This document shows, one piece after another, positions 26,070 to 37,988 of a DNA stretch of 64,000 bases. The DNA is taken from positions 37,820,001 through 37,884,000 of the forward strand of contig CM060731.1 of NCBI GenBank assembly GCA_030704615.1, read 5' to 3'. The DNA is from Takakia lepidozioides (lineage: Eukaryota; Plantae; Bryophyta). Numbering within the stretch: position 1 is the stretch's first letter; every line of letters starts with the position of its first letter. The notes under the pieces are model-generated. The model saw nothing but the letters and a program-made list of their open reading frames with translations. It had not been told where the DNA came from and did not search any database. The position numbers were made by a program, and so were the translations under genes.

Positions 26070-27139
26070 CAATTGGTACCATGTCTGTTGCTCTATGTGT
26101 ACAACTTGGAAAGGTCACTGAGGTTATGCATTCTGAGAAGCAAGCAGCTGGGCAAATGCTGATACTAGTTTCTGCATCAATGTGCGGAGGATCCCTGACA
26201 GCAACAAGAAAGTGTCATCTAATGACTACGGCACTCAAAGTTTTTCTCCTCAGCCTGTCTGTTGCTTTGTTGGTCCATCTGGGACTTCGGTGGACTCACC
26301 ATCACTGAAGTGGAGGGGAAGGACTTTGTTTCTCACGGATGCAGGATGTCATAAGCAGGCAGCAAGCACTGCACCCGTTCGAGTTTGGTGGTACAAATGG
26401 AGAAGTATGAGACACTATACCGAGCACTGCAATCTGTGTAACTAAGAAGACTCGCCCCTGTGCCTGATTCCGTATTTATTGCAGGAAGGGCAACCACCAC
26501 TAGAACACATTCTTGGTAGTATGAGGGGCCTTCACTCGTTTCTTTTCTTTGCTTTTTCCTTCTGAGCGTCTGGAATGGTATTATAGGTTCAAGATTTCTG
26601 GCACGAATTTTTCACTTTACAGTTCTGTTTTCTGGCCTGTAAATGGTCAATATCTCTTCTCGTAAGAGATACAGGGATGTTGCATTTTACTTGGGCAGGT
26701 GCTTTGGGGCTATCCGTACTTTCCTGGCATCTTTTGCAGCGTGTGGTGAGTTTTGCGACAATTTCATGTAATTTGTGATGTATTTAACAAATTGTCCTCA
26801 AGTACTCTCTCTTTAGCAGTCTATTGAAGATTAAGGGAAGAAGCAGCAGAGACTAGCTTTCCTGCTTCTTTCTCTCCCAAAGGAAACCTCTCTACAGTGG
26901 ATGAGGCAGATTCTGTTTTAAGCATCGTTGACTTAATAGCAGTCCTATGCACTAGTCTGCATTCCTTGTATGATTCCTCTTTAGCTACATTGTGCTCTTC
27001 ATATTTAATGAGCTGTCCCCCCAATAGTCATTAGGTGGTCGATTCTGCCACTTTTTGGGTTATCTTACGAGGCATAATCTTGCCCTCATTTTGTCCCTTT
27101 TTTTGTGGGCAAATATGGATCCTTTTCCACGGACATTGG

Positions 27140-27291
27140 CAGTTAGTAACCACTATCTATGTCTACTGACATATTACATGGTGTAATGGGCCAGGCTAGT
27201 AGCCAGCAGACCTGCCAGTTAGTAACCACTATCTATGTCTACTGACATATTACATGGTGTAATGGGCCAGGCTAGTAGCCAGCAGACCTGC
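27140..27291. repeat. Perfect tandem duplication, 2 x 76 bp
   Basis: cagttagtaaccactatc...agccagcagacctgc occurs at 27140-27215 and 27216-27291 with no mismatch seen. Confidence 0.95.
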
Positions 27292-27920
27292 CCCAATACC
27301 GTACATCGTTTTAGCTCTGTCAATCTTTAAGATTCAAGATTCAAGATGCAAGATGCAAGTTCATTTTTTGCTTTGAAATAAATCTTTGTGATTGAACAAC
27401 CTATGAAAAATAAATGGATGAATTTATAGATGAAAGTATAGTCAATCTTGGATAAATGTTACTTGTTTTTTTGTTACATCATCATAAACGTTATGATTAT
27501 TGAAGGGAAAAAATTAAAACCCTTGTCTGCTCAAAGGCCGCCAGAAGACGTGCTCACAGTGGACCGTGCTGATTACTCAGAGAACGATAATCTGGCTAGA
27601 GAACGAAATAGCTGCTAGGTGAGCAGAAAGAAGGGGGAGCCATAGCTTGGGAGAGGGAATGAGAAGAATTAAGGAAAAGACATAAGCATCTGAGCCCGGG
27701 GCAATGTACAAACCTTCACCCCTATCCGCCTAAGATGAAGAAGAGGCAAGATAAGAACATAGTTATTTGTGAAAGTGGAGCCAAGCATATTTTTGTCATT
27801 CTTAATGTATATTTTTACAGCTTAAAAATAATAATTCTTTATTCAAAAATGCATATAATTCATGTAAGCCCTCTAGTAATTATGAATAGATAGTAAAAAT
27901 TTGGAAGATCGTACAGTGTT

Positions 27921-30905
27921 TATTATCAAGGACGAGAACATGACTGAACACAAACAAGATATCAGACTAGAGGTACAAAACTAGACAAGAAGTCAAGGTC
28001 GGCGTGGTCGAATGCATGATGGGTAAACATGAATAAAGATGATCTTTATAACAATGGACAAAAGTACAAGATACTGGAACTCGACTGAATACTGGAATGC
28101 TGAAAACTGGACTAGAGTATTGGAAGCTGGACTGGAGTACTGGGACTGGGAACAAGAGTAGCTTGAACAAATTTGTCATTCTCTGTGAATCATGTCAATG
28201 GTGCAGCAATTTTGGAGTAGTCATTGATGAAGATTCTATAGAAATTTGCAAATCCTAGAAAACATTATACGTCTGGACCGAAATTGGTTTAATCTACTCA
28301 ATGATGGTTTGTATTTTTCTTCTGATCCATAAAGACGTATTTGTCGGAAATAATATAGCCCAGAAATTCGACCTCAGATTGATGGAAAAGACATTTTTCC
28401 AACTTGGCATATAGTCCTTTTTCTCTTAATTTATCAAGAACAAGGCGTACACGTCGGCCATGTTCTTCTTCATTTTGTGAAAATATCAAAATGTCGTCCA
28501 CATAGATGACTACGAAGTCATCTAAAAATTCTCGAAAGATGTCATTCGTCATATGCTGAAAAATTGCTGGAGCATTTGTAAGACCAAAAGGCATAACACT
28601 GTATTCGAAATGTCCATATCTTGTTCGAAAAGTTGTTATCCATTCGTCTCCTTCTTTTATCCGTATAAGGTTATAAGCTCCTCTCAAGTCAATTTTGGTG
28701 AAAATCGTCGCTCGTCCCAGCTGGTCGAGAAGCCAAGAAATCAGCGGCAACGAAAAACGATTCATAATTGTGACTTGGTTAAGACCGCGATAGTCTACAC
28801 ACATGCGTAATGATCCGTCTTTCTTTTTCACCAACAAGATAGGCGTCCCCGCAGGTAATTTTGAATGTCGGATGAAGTGCTTCGACAAATTTTCATCAAT
28901 GTATTCACGTAATGCAGCCAACTCCGTCTGGGATAAGTTATAGATTGGGCCGAATGGTGGTTGGGCTTCTTCTTGTAACTCAATTGCACAGTCATAAGAT
29001 CGATGTTCTGGCAATATGTCTGCATTTTTCTTCTCGAAGACATCCTTAAAATCTTGATATTGAGCGAGTAATGTTGAAGTACCTTTGCATGTTGTGGTCT
29101 TGATTGGAATCGCATAAAGTGCAAATGTCGCATCATTTTTTGTAGCTCTCACGAAATCTCTAGCTCCAAGGAACATGGGTTGAATACCTTTGATATTTCT
29201 ACATTTTTGCTTTGCAGAAATTTTTCGCGATCGCCAATCGATGTCAGGATTGTGAAGTACGAACCAGGGAAGTCCAAGGATCACATGATTCGTTGGAAAC
29301 TGCATGACGTTGAAAACAATATGTGATGCTTGATTTGTAAGCTTCACTTCAAGTGGTTGAGTTTCATGATCAACATTTCCTGATGCTAACGGTCGTCCAT
29401 CGATGACTTCAACGGGGGCCGAAAGTTTCTTCTTTACGAACGTTAAATTGTGTTGTTTCGCAAAGTTTTTGTCAATAAAAGATGTTGAAGCCCCTGAGTC
29501 TAAAAATGTTTCTACAGAGAAATCTCGATTTTGCACTCTGATTTTTACCGGAACTGTGAAGCAAGGTACAGGGCCTGGAGGTAGAAACAGACCTTGTTTC
29601 GGTGAGGAATTTGTGGTGTCCAACTGCATGGTCCCTACTGTGACTGAACATCTTCGTTTTCCGACCTCCTCGTATCGAACACTTGAGTTGCGCCCCGAGC
29701 TTTAAACCTTCTCTTGTTGGGGCAGTTAAATGCTATGTGATATTCTTCTCCACAATAGAGACATAATCCATTCGAATGTCGTCTTTGTTTTTCTTGTGGC
29801 GTCAATGGCTTGAATTGGACAACATCAATCCGCATATGATCACTACCGGATGTCTGAAGGATCATTGTGTTTGGTGCCGTAGTTCAGCGGCATGATGCGT
29901 CGTCGACCATCCAGATCGCTTCTCTTGACATCTTTCGAACAAACGATTATCGCATGCAATGACTTGGGTGATGAATTCACTTAGTGTACTCACGTTTGGC
30001 ATTGTCAGCAACAAATCTTTTACATCTTTTTTTAGCCCACATCGAAACTGACTAATGAGGCTCTTCTCATTCCAGTCGAGGTCGCACACAAGTTATCGAA
30101 ATTCGGCAGCATAAACGAAACCAGGACGTGCTCATTGTCGAAGATTTCGCATCTTTGTCTCTGCAACTCTCTCTCTATCATTCTCTCCAAACGTTGTAAT
30201 GAACTCTGACATCAATGCTTCAAAATTGTATAGTAAATGTGAATTGTTTTCTAATAGCGGTGCAAACTAAGATAGGGCAGTGCCTGATAGAAGGGTGCCC
30301 ATGAATCTCACTTGAATACCTTCATCGGGGTAGCGTTGTGGATGTAGTCGTAGGAACAGTCGTACTTGTTGAACAAAACCACGAAATCTTGATCTCGTGC
30401 CATCAAATTTCTCAGGCATGCTCAAATGCATGATGGGTAAACATGAATCAAGATGATCTTTATAACAATGGACAAGAATACAAGATACTGGAACTCGACT
30501 CGAATACTGGAATGCTGGAAACTGGACTGGGGTACTAGATACTAGAAACTGGACTAGAGTACTGGAAGCTAGACTGGAGTACTAGGACTGGGAACAAGAG
30601 TAGCTTGAACTTGTGTTGCCTCCTATATATACTGGCTACTAGAAACTTCCCTAAGAAACTTCCCCAATGGAGGTTTCTTGATGGAGAAGTTTCCTTAAAC
30701 AAATGAGGTCTCTTGATGGAGAAATTTCCTCCAAAAGAAGCTTCATGAGCAGTTCCCCAAATTACTCTCGATAATTTGATAAACTCCCGGTAACTTGGTA
30801 ATTCATGGTAACTCATGGTAGATCATGGTACATTATGATAACATGATAACTTGGTAACTTCTGGTATTTACTCCTGGTAAGTTCTTCTGGGCTATGTCCG
30901 TGACA
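27921..30905 (-). mobile_element. Internally deleted Ty3/gypsy LTR retrotransposon (Tcn1-like chromovirus type)
   Basis: Gag remnant with stops (MPEKFDGTRSRFRGFVQQV...DLDWNEKSLISQF; zinc knuckle CLYCGEEYHIAFNC), protease (FLDSGAS) and RT (LRMCVDYRGLN, VMPFGLTNAPA, YVDD). An LTR block is shared between 28011-28168 and 30425-30610, with a TGTCA terminus at 30905. Integrase is absent. The left boundary is approximate. Confidence 0.9.
28298..29629 (-). pseudogene. Gypsy pol fragment (aspartic protease + reverse transcriptase), frameshifted and truncated before RNase H/integrase
   Basis: 443-aa ORF with a DSGA protease motif and the RT YVDD motif. It continues in another frame as FLGFANFYR and then fuses to LTR sequence at 28168. 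Confidence 0.9.
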
Positions 30906-31469
30906 TTTATTAATAAATATCGTGGTAATAGGATTTGAGCCCTGAATCACCCGGGTGGCACGTAGGGTAATATCCTCATTTATGGCATGCACAAGAAGTT
31001 GAACTCTAGACCTAAAGGCCAAATAAAACTGGTTCTGATCATGAATTGTTCATCCAGTCATTCATTAGAAAGATTGACAGAATATTTTGGTGGCAACTGT
31101 CTCGATCGAATTGGAAGTGTAATCGAAAGTATCGGTGCTAAAATAGCGATAAGCAGTTGAACCCTTTGCGTAGTCCTGCCAAGACCACTGTCCCTGTTTT
31201 CTAAGAAAAAATTTAAGGAAAAATATTATTTGTTATTTGTTATTGAATACCTACTCTCCTCTATGTTAAAACACCTCTCTAATTATTACATTCAATATAC
31301 ACCTCTAAACTAGTTGGATCAAATAAGGAGTAATCCATTCTGGCCACTAACAAATCACCTCCGTGAATAACAGCCCCTAAAGTTGGTGACACACTAACTT
31401 AACATTCAGTTAAGTTAAATTAACACTCACTTGATGTCCACGGAGAGATGCTTCATCTTTATCTTTCTG

Positions 31470-32715
31470 TATATATATATATATATATGATGCCAACCGC
31501 GCAAGTAAGAGCCTCTTCCCCTTGTGGGCACTGCTTTCAGGGTGGGCTCTATCCGCACCATAACCTATCACACAATGGCTAGTTGACCACTTTCAATCTT
31601 ACGTTTATTAAGGATTAAGAATGTGAATGATGTAATAGTTGTGAAGTGCAAGGCTTGTAGTAGAGGTGTAGTGTATTTGGGTGGTAGGTTGAGATTATCT
31701 TTCAAACCTTGGATATTATGGGTATGAGCACCGTCCCGGACATCCGCAGTGATGACGGTCAGAGGTGTCGTGTTCCAGCCTCGCTGATGGAGGGCACGTA
31801 TGATTGGGTCATATTTTTTCGTGTTTGTACATAATTGATTGATCTGGATTTTGATCATGGCAGAATGCGAATTCCAAATAATGTATTTTGAGATATGGAA
31901 GCGGTTCCGTTGGCGACAATGTCAGTACAAGAAGTTCCTGGACTAGCAAAATATTTGGGCATAGCCTTGCCAAGCAAAGGCACGGGTGCCCTTGGGAGCA
32001 TACACACAGTAGTATAGTGTGGTCTGGTGGGCGACCTTGGAACGTGCCTGCATTTATGAGATTAAACCATCTGGATTTCGGATGTGAAGTTAGAATTTTG
32101 TGTAGTTCTTTAACCCTTTGGTTATGTCTAGGTACCCGCAACCCATGAATTATGGGGTGGTTGCAATGGAGAAGTAAGTGTGGCCATGTGTCTATTTGGG
32201 ATGAACATAACATGCAATGTTTATTAGGATATAATAATGGTCAGAACAAATTCCGTCGTTGATTGCCCATGTGTTGATCATACCAAAATTTCAAAGTTTG
32301 TTTGAATTGTGCATCAGTAACCCTTGGGGATGTCCAAAAATGATTAGACATACTATGTAGCAGGTGCGGGGACGAGACCCACTTAGATATGTAGGAATTT
32401 ATGTAGGTGCGGGATTCTTGTATGTGTAGTTTGGCCTTGAATGTATGTGCAGATTCAGTATAGGTCCTATGGTCGGGAATCTCGCCCTTGTTGATATGAG
32501 CCAAAACGGATATGTGTGCGACCGGCCGGCGCCAAGTTGAGCAAGATGGTGTGCTATGTCCTTACTTATTATGTCTGTGTGAGATCGAACTTTATGTATA
32601 TGGATTTGAGCGGTAAAGATGATACAACATCGACGATTCCTTCTATAACTGTAATATCAGGATGGTGAATCTGTGATGATGGCTTGCAGATTTGGTTGGT
32701 GAGAAGGTTTAGGGA
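31470..32715 (-). mobile_element. Degenerate 3' fragment of a non-LTR retrotransposon, Dualen/RandI-like (RNase H, CCHC finger, restriction-like endonuclease)
   Basis: Frameshifted pieces: IHIHKVRSHT (RNase H), C..C...DTWPHLLLHC..RHN (zinc finger), PNILLV...IHYLEF.FC.D...K..KYDP...L..RGW..VITA.VR (RLE-like). The 3' end abuts a (TA)n microsatellite at about 31470-31489. Confidence 0.6.
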
Positions 32716-33099
32716 GATATCTTTAAACACTATTTGATGACACCTTCATGAGTGCTACTGAGGTCTGAAGAAGAGATGAAGCATCAGTGCTACCATTGTA
32801 CGTGTCATCAATGTCTTGTTATGAGGTGGATCAAAAATCCAACATTAAGTTGCATTTGTGGATTAAAAATCTGAGGCTCCACATTGGTCTAGATTTTGCC
32901 GTGAGAGCCAAAAGGTTGAATTACAAGTGCTTTTGTAGATTTAGAATCCTCTGTATTTCGTTATGTAATTGTAAATTTAAGAATCAACTAGATGAAATAT
33001 CAAATCATGAGAGCAACGATGAGGCAAAGATTATGTCTTATTTTCAGCCATCTCATTAAACGTTATCTTGCATCTGATTGACTTATCATGAGTTTTTTT

Positions 33100-33323
33100 T
33101 AATACCAGACCAGTATTGATAATACCCTGGTATTGATTTCTAAAAACTCTTGCTATTGATACCCTTAAAACACCACACCAATCAGGTATTATTGATACCG
33201 CCATGGTATCCAAATCTCACATTTTTGCCAATACCAGTACCTCCCTAGGGTCACAATTGGTCGGAGGCCTATATACCAGTAACAGCCTAGTGTGTTCAAA
33301 ATACGATACCAAGTCCAAGACTG
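33100..33323. mobile_element. Truncated relative of the hAT-type MITE at 56942-57641
   Basis: It has the same clustered (GG)TATTGATACC / ATACCAG subterminal motifs and ends in ataccaagtccaagactg, similar to the MITE right TIR ataccagtccaatactg. No TSD was found. Confidence 0.4.
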
Positions 33324-35138
33324 GTCCAGTCGATTAGCATAGGCAAGTACGGTATAACGGATGAAAGTAGGTTTCACTACCATTCTCAAAGAAAAGCCAT
33401 ACCCAACTTGCCGCTCTATTAAGGTATTATAGAATGAAAGGGGATATCCTTATGATCAAATTTAAAAAGCGACAAGGAAAAACTAATCCTATGAATGGAG
33501 AACAATTCAATAACAAGCCCAACAGAAGAGCCAAATGGTAAGCAAAGAAGCCTAATGCCCAAAGACTGGACAAAGCAACCCAACAACAGAACAAGAACAG
33601 AGAGCAAAAAGAAGCACAAAAACAGCAAACTAGTGAAACCCGGCTCAAAATCGAGATTCGCTTTACTTTTGGTGTTGCAGACCTTGAAATGTTCGAGAAG
33701 CTTCTGGCGCTCCGCCATTCTTCATGCTCGTAGGTCCCATCTTGTCTGACCAGCGACGCCAATTTGTTGAAACAACTGCTCGGATCCAGTGTCCGGGAAA
33801 TAATTTCAGTTGAACCAGCCAGTAGCCCGCTCATTCCCAGCAACAATCGTCTAAGTGGGTTGGGCAGTTGGTTGCTGCCCCTTAGTGGTAACTATACCCG
33901 GTCAATTTCCGAGATAAATTCTTTACAACCGGTAATATTCCTAATGATTTATTTTGTGTTCAGCTATAAATCCGGCCCTTATAAATATCAATTGGTTGAC
34001 AACACAAGTGTCAAATATAAGTAAATAATAATAATAAAAAATAATCACAACCAGTTTTAAGCAATTCAAACAAGTGAAGAACATTGTATCGTTATAGAAG
34101 TTGGACCTGTCAATGCCTTCAAACCACATGGAGGCCAAGAATTGAACCCGCGTGGACAGGTGAGCTGTGATAGCAGGCAGCGAGTGCAAGCAGGCGTGGG
34201 GCTGGGGAAGTCGCCTCCTTCTCCCTCATTTTCTAGCTCTGTTGGTGCCCCACTCACCATGCTATCAGGGCTGCATTTAGAGCAACGTCCAGACTTAGTA
34301 GGGTTTGCCCACGGGCCCGCCCTCTTGAGTTCAAACGCCCTTCCTCGGATGTAACCCGGCCTAGCACGTTGGATTTATGCCATGTGGCAGCCTTAGACGG
34401 CCATTTCCATTTTTTGTAATATAAGAAGGGCCGGAATCCGTCCAGGCCGGCAGATTTCCTGTCTGTAATGAAATGGAAAGGCAACTATCCTTCTTAAAAG
34501 TAGGGCACCCGGTTGATTTCCGCTTCTGCCATTTTTTCCCCTGGATCCATTTCCTGAGGTTTCATATTTCATTCGGAAATTCTGTAATTCAGTCGGCTAG
34601 CTTGTAACTGGCTGCCGGTTCTCCCCGGACGTTGCTCCGATCCATCCAGACTTTGAATAACTTCACATTCGGGCCCCAGTGGTTGCTCAGGGCTTGACCT
34701 AGTACAAGGCTATATGGCAGCACCTCGCTGTGCAACCTGGCAGGGCAGCACCGGCCAGAAAAGTGCGTGGCCTTCTTGGGGCTGCTCCACTTGTCGCTGG
34801 CAAAACTGACAGGGAGTTACTTCTGACATTGTCTGAAGTTGAATGTTCTGTTGATAAGTTAAGCGAGCAAGCGCTTTGTATCTGCCTCTTTGGATCTCTG
34901 TGTCAGCAACCGTAGGGTCCGCAGAGGATGCGAGCTACTAAGGTCTTTGCAGGCGTGAAATTCAGGGGGCAGTATGTAAGCATCGACACTAGAAACTTTG
35001 CAGTGTGTGTCTGGGCAAAGCTCAAACAAAATTGATCAGTATGTTTGGGCACCAGCGTTTCTGAGAGGGTGCGGAACTTCCGACTGCTGCAGATCCCTGT
35101 AGAGAGAGAGAGGGGTAGAGCATTACAAATCGAGTAAG

Positions 35139-37110
35139 ATGGATGGCTTGTGGAGCGTATCAAGACGAGATGGGCTTATATCTCTTGGCGTTCTAGTGTT
35201 GGTCTTGACACTTGCCTCACCTTGTGCTGCATTGATAATCAGCAGCTCAAATCTCACGGTATGCTGAGCTCCCACTACTTTTTGAGTGTCGTGAAGGAGC
35301 AGATCTTTGCTGGATGTTGTGAGTCCCTTGTCAAGTTGCATTGAATTGAACACCTCCATGCAATTGTCATTTACAGGTCTTTCATAGTAGCGGAATTTTT
35401 ACGGTATGCTAAGCTCCCAGTAATCTTAATGTCATGAAATGGACTTGACTACGAGATAATCCTTTTGGAGGTTGTGAGTCCCTTGTCGATTTGCATTGAA
35501 TTGAACCTGGATTGTCCATTGAATTTTACACTAAATTGGCTATTACTGATGAATCCTCCTCTCACTTGTATGCTGCCAACTGCATAGAGTGATTGGTCTT
35601 CTTTTCTGGTGACAACGATTCATTAACCAAGGTTTTTAAAATAATCAGAGGAACCTTGAGGCGTATTTGCACAGAGGCTCTCCAACTTGAGAATCGTTGG
35701 GAGTTCAAAGTGTTATGGTTGGGTTGGGACTGGTTGTGTTCTATTCATTAAACTGTTTATTCTTTATCCCTGTATGTAGTCCTCTGAGCTTCCGGTGGAC
35801 GGTACAGACTTTCTTTCCATATGCCTGTCTTGAAAGACAAAGTATGATCATAACTGATTTGCATTTTTTATCTTTCCTTGGGAAGGGGCTTTCCAGAACA
35901 CCAGGGTGAAATAATACGCTTGTTGTATCTGTTCTTTGGGTTCAACCTGGAAAGCTAACTTGGATGACCGGTGTTGGGCTGGATAACTCTTTTGTTGCAG
36001 AAATGCAGTAGAGTATGTGAATCTGAGCATTGCGAGGGTATGATTCTCACATATTCCCCCCTCCTTGTCTCTCTTTTGAGCTTATTTCATCCCTTCCTTG
36101 GTGCCAGCTAACATCATATCTAATGTCAAAAGGGAATGGTCAATTAGTGCATCTCTCTCTCCCCCTCTTTTTGATATATTCCTTCAACCATCGATTTTGA
36201 GAATGACGTACTCACCGGCAACAAGCTTTGCCCTAAATTTTTAATTGGAGAGCTAAGCTGCTGGCAGTGGATAATCTCCAGTATATTGAGAGTGCAGACT
36301 TGAATTGTCTGGGCCTACATGGTCAGTCCAAGTGACTATTGGGAAAGGCCTTGTGTTTGATATGTAAATGTGCAGGTCCTTTGTTGCGGTGGGGAAAGTA
36401 TTGCGGAGTTGGATACACTGGCTGTGCTGGCAAACAACCATGCGATGGACTCGATCGTTGTTGCATGATTCATGATGCCTGCATAGGCTCGACGGATCTG
36501 CCAGGTCTGTCACCATCCCACAGTCTGGTGTTGGAAGTTACATACCATGCATAATGTCAATAGAACTCAAGTGGAGAGAACGGAAGCCTTGCAAAGAAGA
36601 AAAGAGAGAAAGTGAGGAATTTTATAACATCCACAACAGGTCCGTGGGCCAATAAAGATAAAAAGTGATATTGACATGTACAATGGATCACTACACCTAG
36701 CGCCTACTAAGTTGCTACAGGTCTTGTGTTCCTTTCTATCTGCAGGGGATCTTGTCACTGGCTTCTTTCCCTATTTGTGAAAAAGCCTTCTATGACTAAT
36801 CTAGCTCTGCTGGTTCTGTTTTGCAGATAACTACGTAAATAGAACATGCAATGAAAACTTGAGAAATTGCGTTCAGGCATTCAGGAATTCGGGAAATCAA
36901 ACATTTGCTAATGCTAACTGCAGTGCAAGCGCTGTAGAGACATTTATCATTGATAGCATGGTTGTCCTCACAGGAAGTATTAACAATGGAGCCCGAATGG
37001 TCAGAATTGACTGGCTTGATTGGGTCTTAGTTTGTGGTGTTTGTGCATTCTTACAGTTTGTATGGCAGACAGATCTTGGTGGTCGATTCGATGTCAGAAC
37101 ATTTCAATGA
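35139..37110 (+). CDS. Secretory phospholipase A2 (plant group XI), 4 core exons
   Basis: Exons 35139-35258 (signal peptide), 36001-36037 (KCSRVCESEHC), 36376-36504 (Ca-loop LRWGKYCGVGYTGC; catalytic PCDGLDRCCMIHDAC) and 36827-37110 (DNYVNRTCNENLRNC...) splice in frame. Confidence 0.92.
35256..35506 (+). repeat. Diverged duplication of the PLA2 exon-1 donor and the start of intron 1
   Basis: acggtatgct(g/a)agctccca...gttgtgagtcccttgtc...ttgcattgaattgaac occurs at about 35256-35351 and 35401-35506. Confidence 0.8.
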
Positions 37111-37988
37111 CCTTGTTACAAGGAAGATGAATGTTGTGATTCCTGTACTACACCTCCCTTACACCTTCGATTACAAAGTGTTAAATGATCATTGTCATGG
37201 TTTGTCAGTCTGTACGAGTCCCAGTGACCTTATGTTGAAGAAGAGTCTGCTTATATGGATTCTTTCCATGGTGAATGGTAGGATCCCATTCGAGCACGCA
37301 ATGTATACCTGCAAGGCCATGTCACCTGGCCCCACTTGAGGTTGAACCATATTGAGCATGATGGGCAGAACGAAAGAGTTGGCCTGGATAAATTAGCCAC
37401 AGAATAAGGATGGGAAAGTGGAACAGCAAAAGATACAAAAAACACCTCAGGAAACTATATCTTTGAAATGAAACTATATCATTTCCAGTGAAAATGGGAA
37501 GATCTAAGACAAGACAAGAGATGGTGGGTGTTTGCAAGGCATTGCAACATGGTTGGAGCTACTTGCCTGAGTGTGCGAATGAGCACGCATTTTGCCAATT
37601 ACCATGTGGTACTTAAACATCTGGATCTACAACCAGCTTAGTGTGGTATTCATGAACAATCTCGTGACAGAAACCTCATGGACATGCTCATGAGCTAGCG
37701 GGTGACATTATACACTACATTATACACGGCCTCTAAAACATCCGGAAACAGACACCAAAAACTGGTTACGAATCGAGATTGAATATAGAAGACGAGAGAC
37801 AAGACTAGAACGTGCAATTCTCCAGATTAACGCCGGGAACATAAGGGAACCTCGAGAACATGTATGGAACTTTAGAGAACTTAATGGGAATGTAGTGGGA
37901 ACGCTTGACTCCATAAAACCCAGCCTAGGGCAACTGCCCTAAACCTTAAACCCCATGCCCTGCTTCAATGCCAACACTGCCTACTGCT

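Noticed and set aside
26821-27024. 67-aa minus-strand ORF that looks exon-like
   Set aside because: No identifiable homology or upstream exons; cannot be supported.
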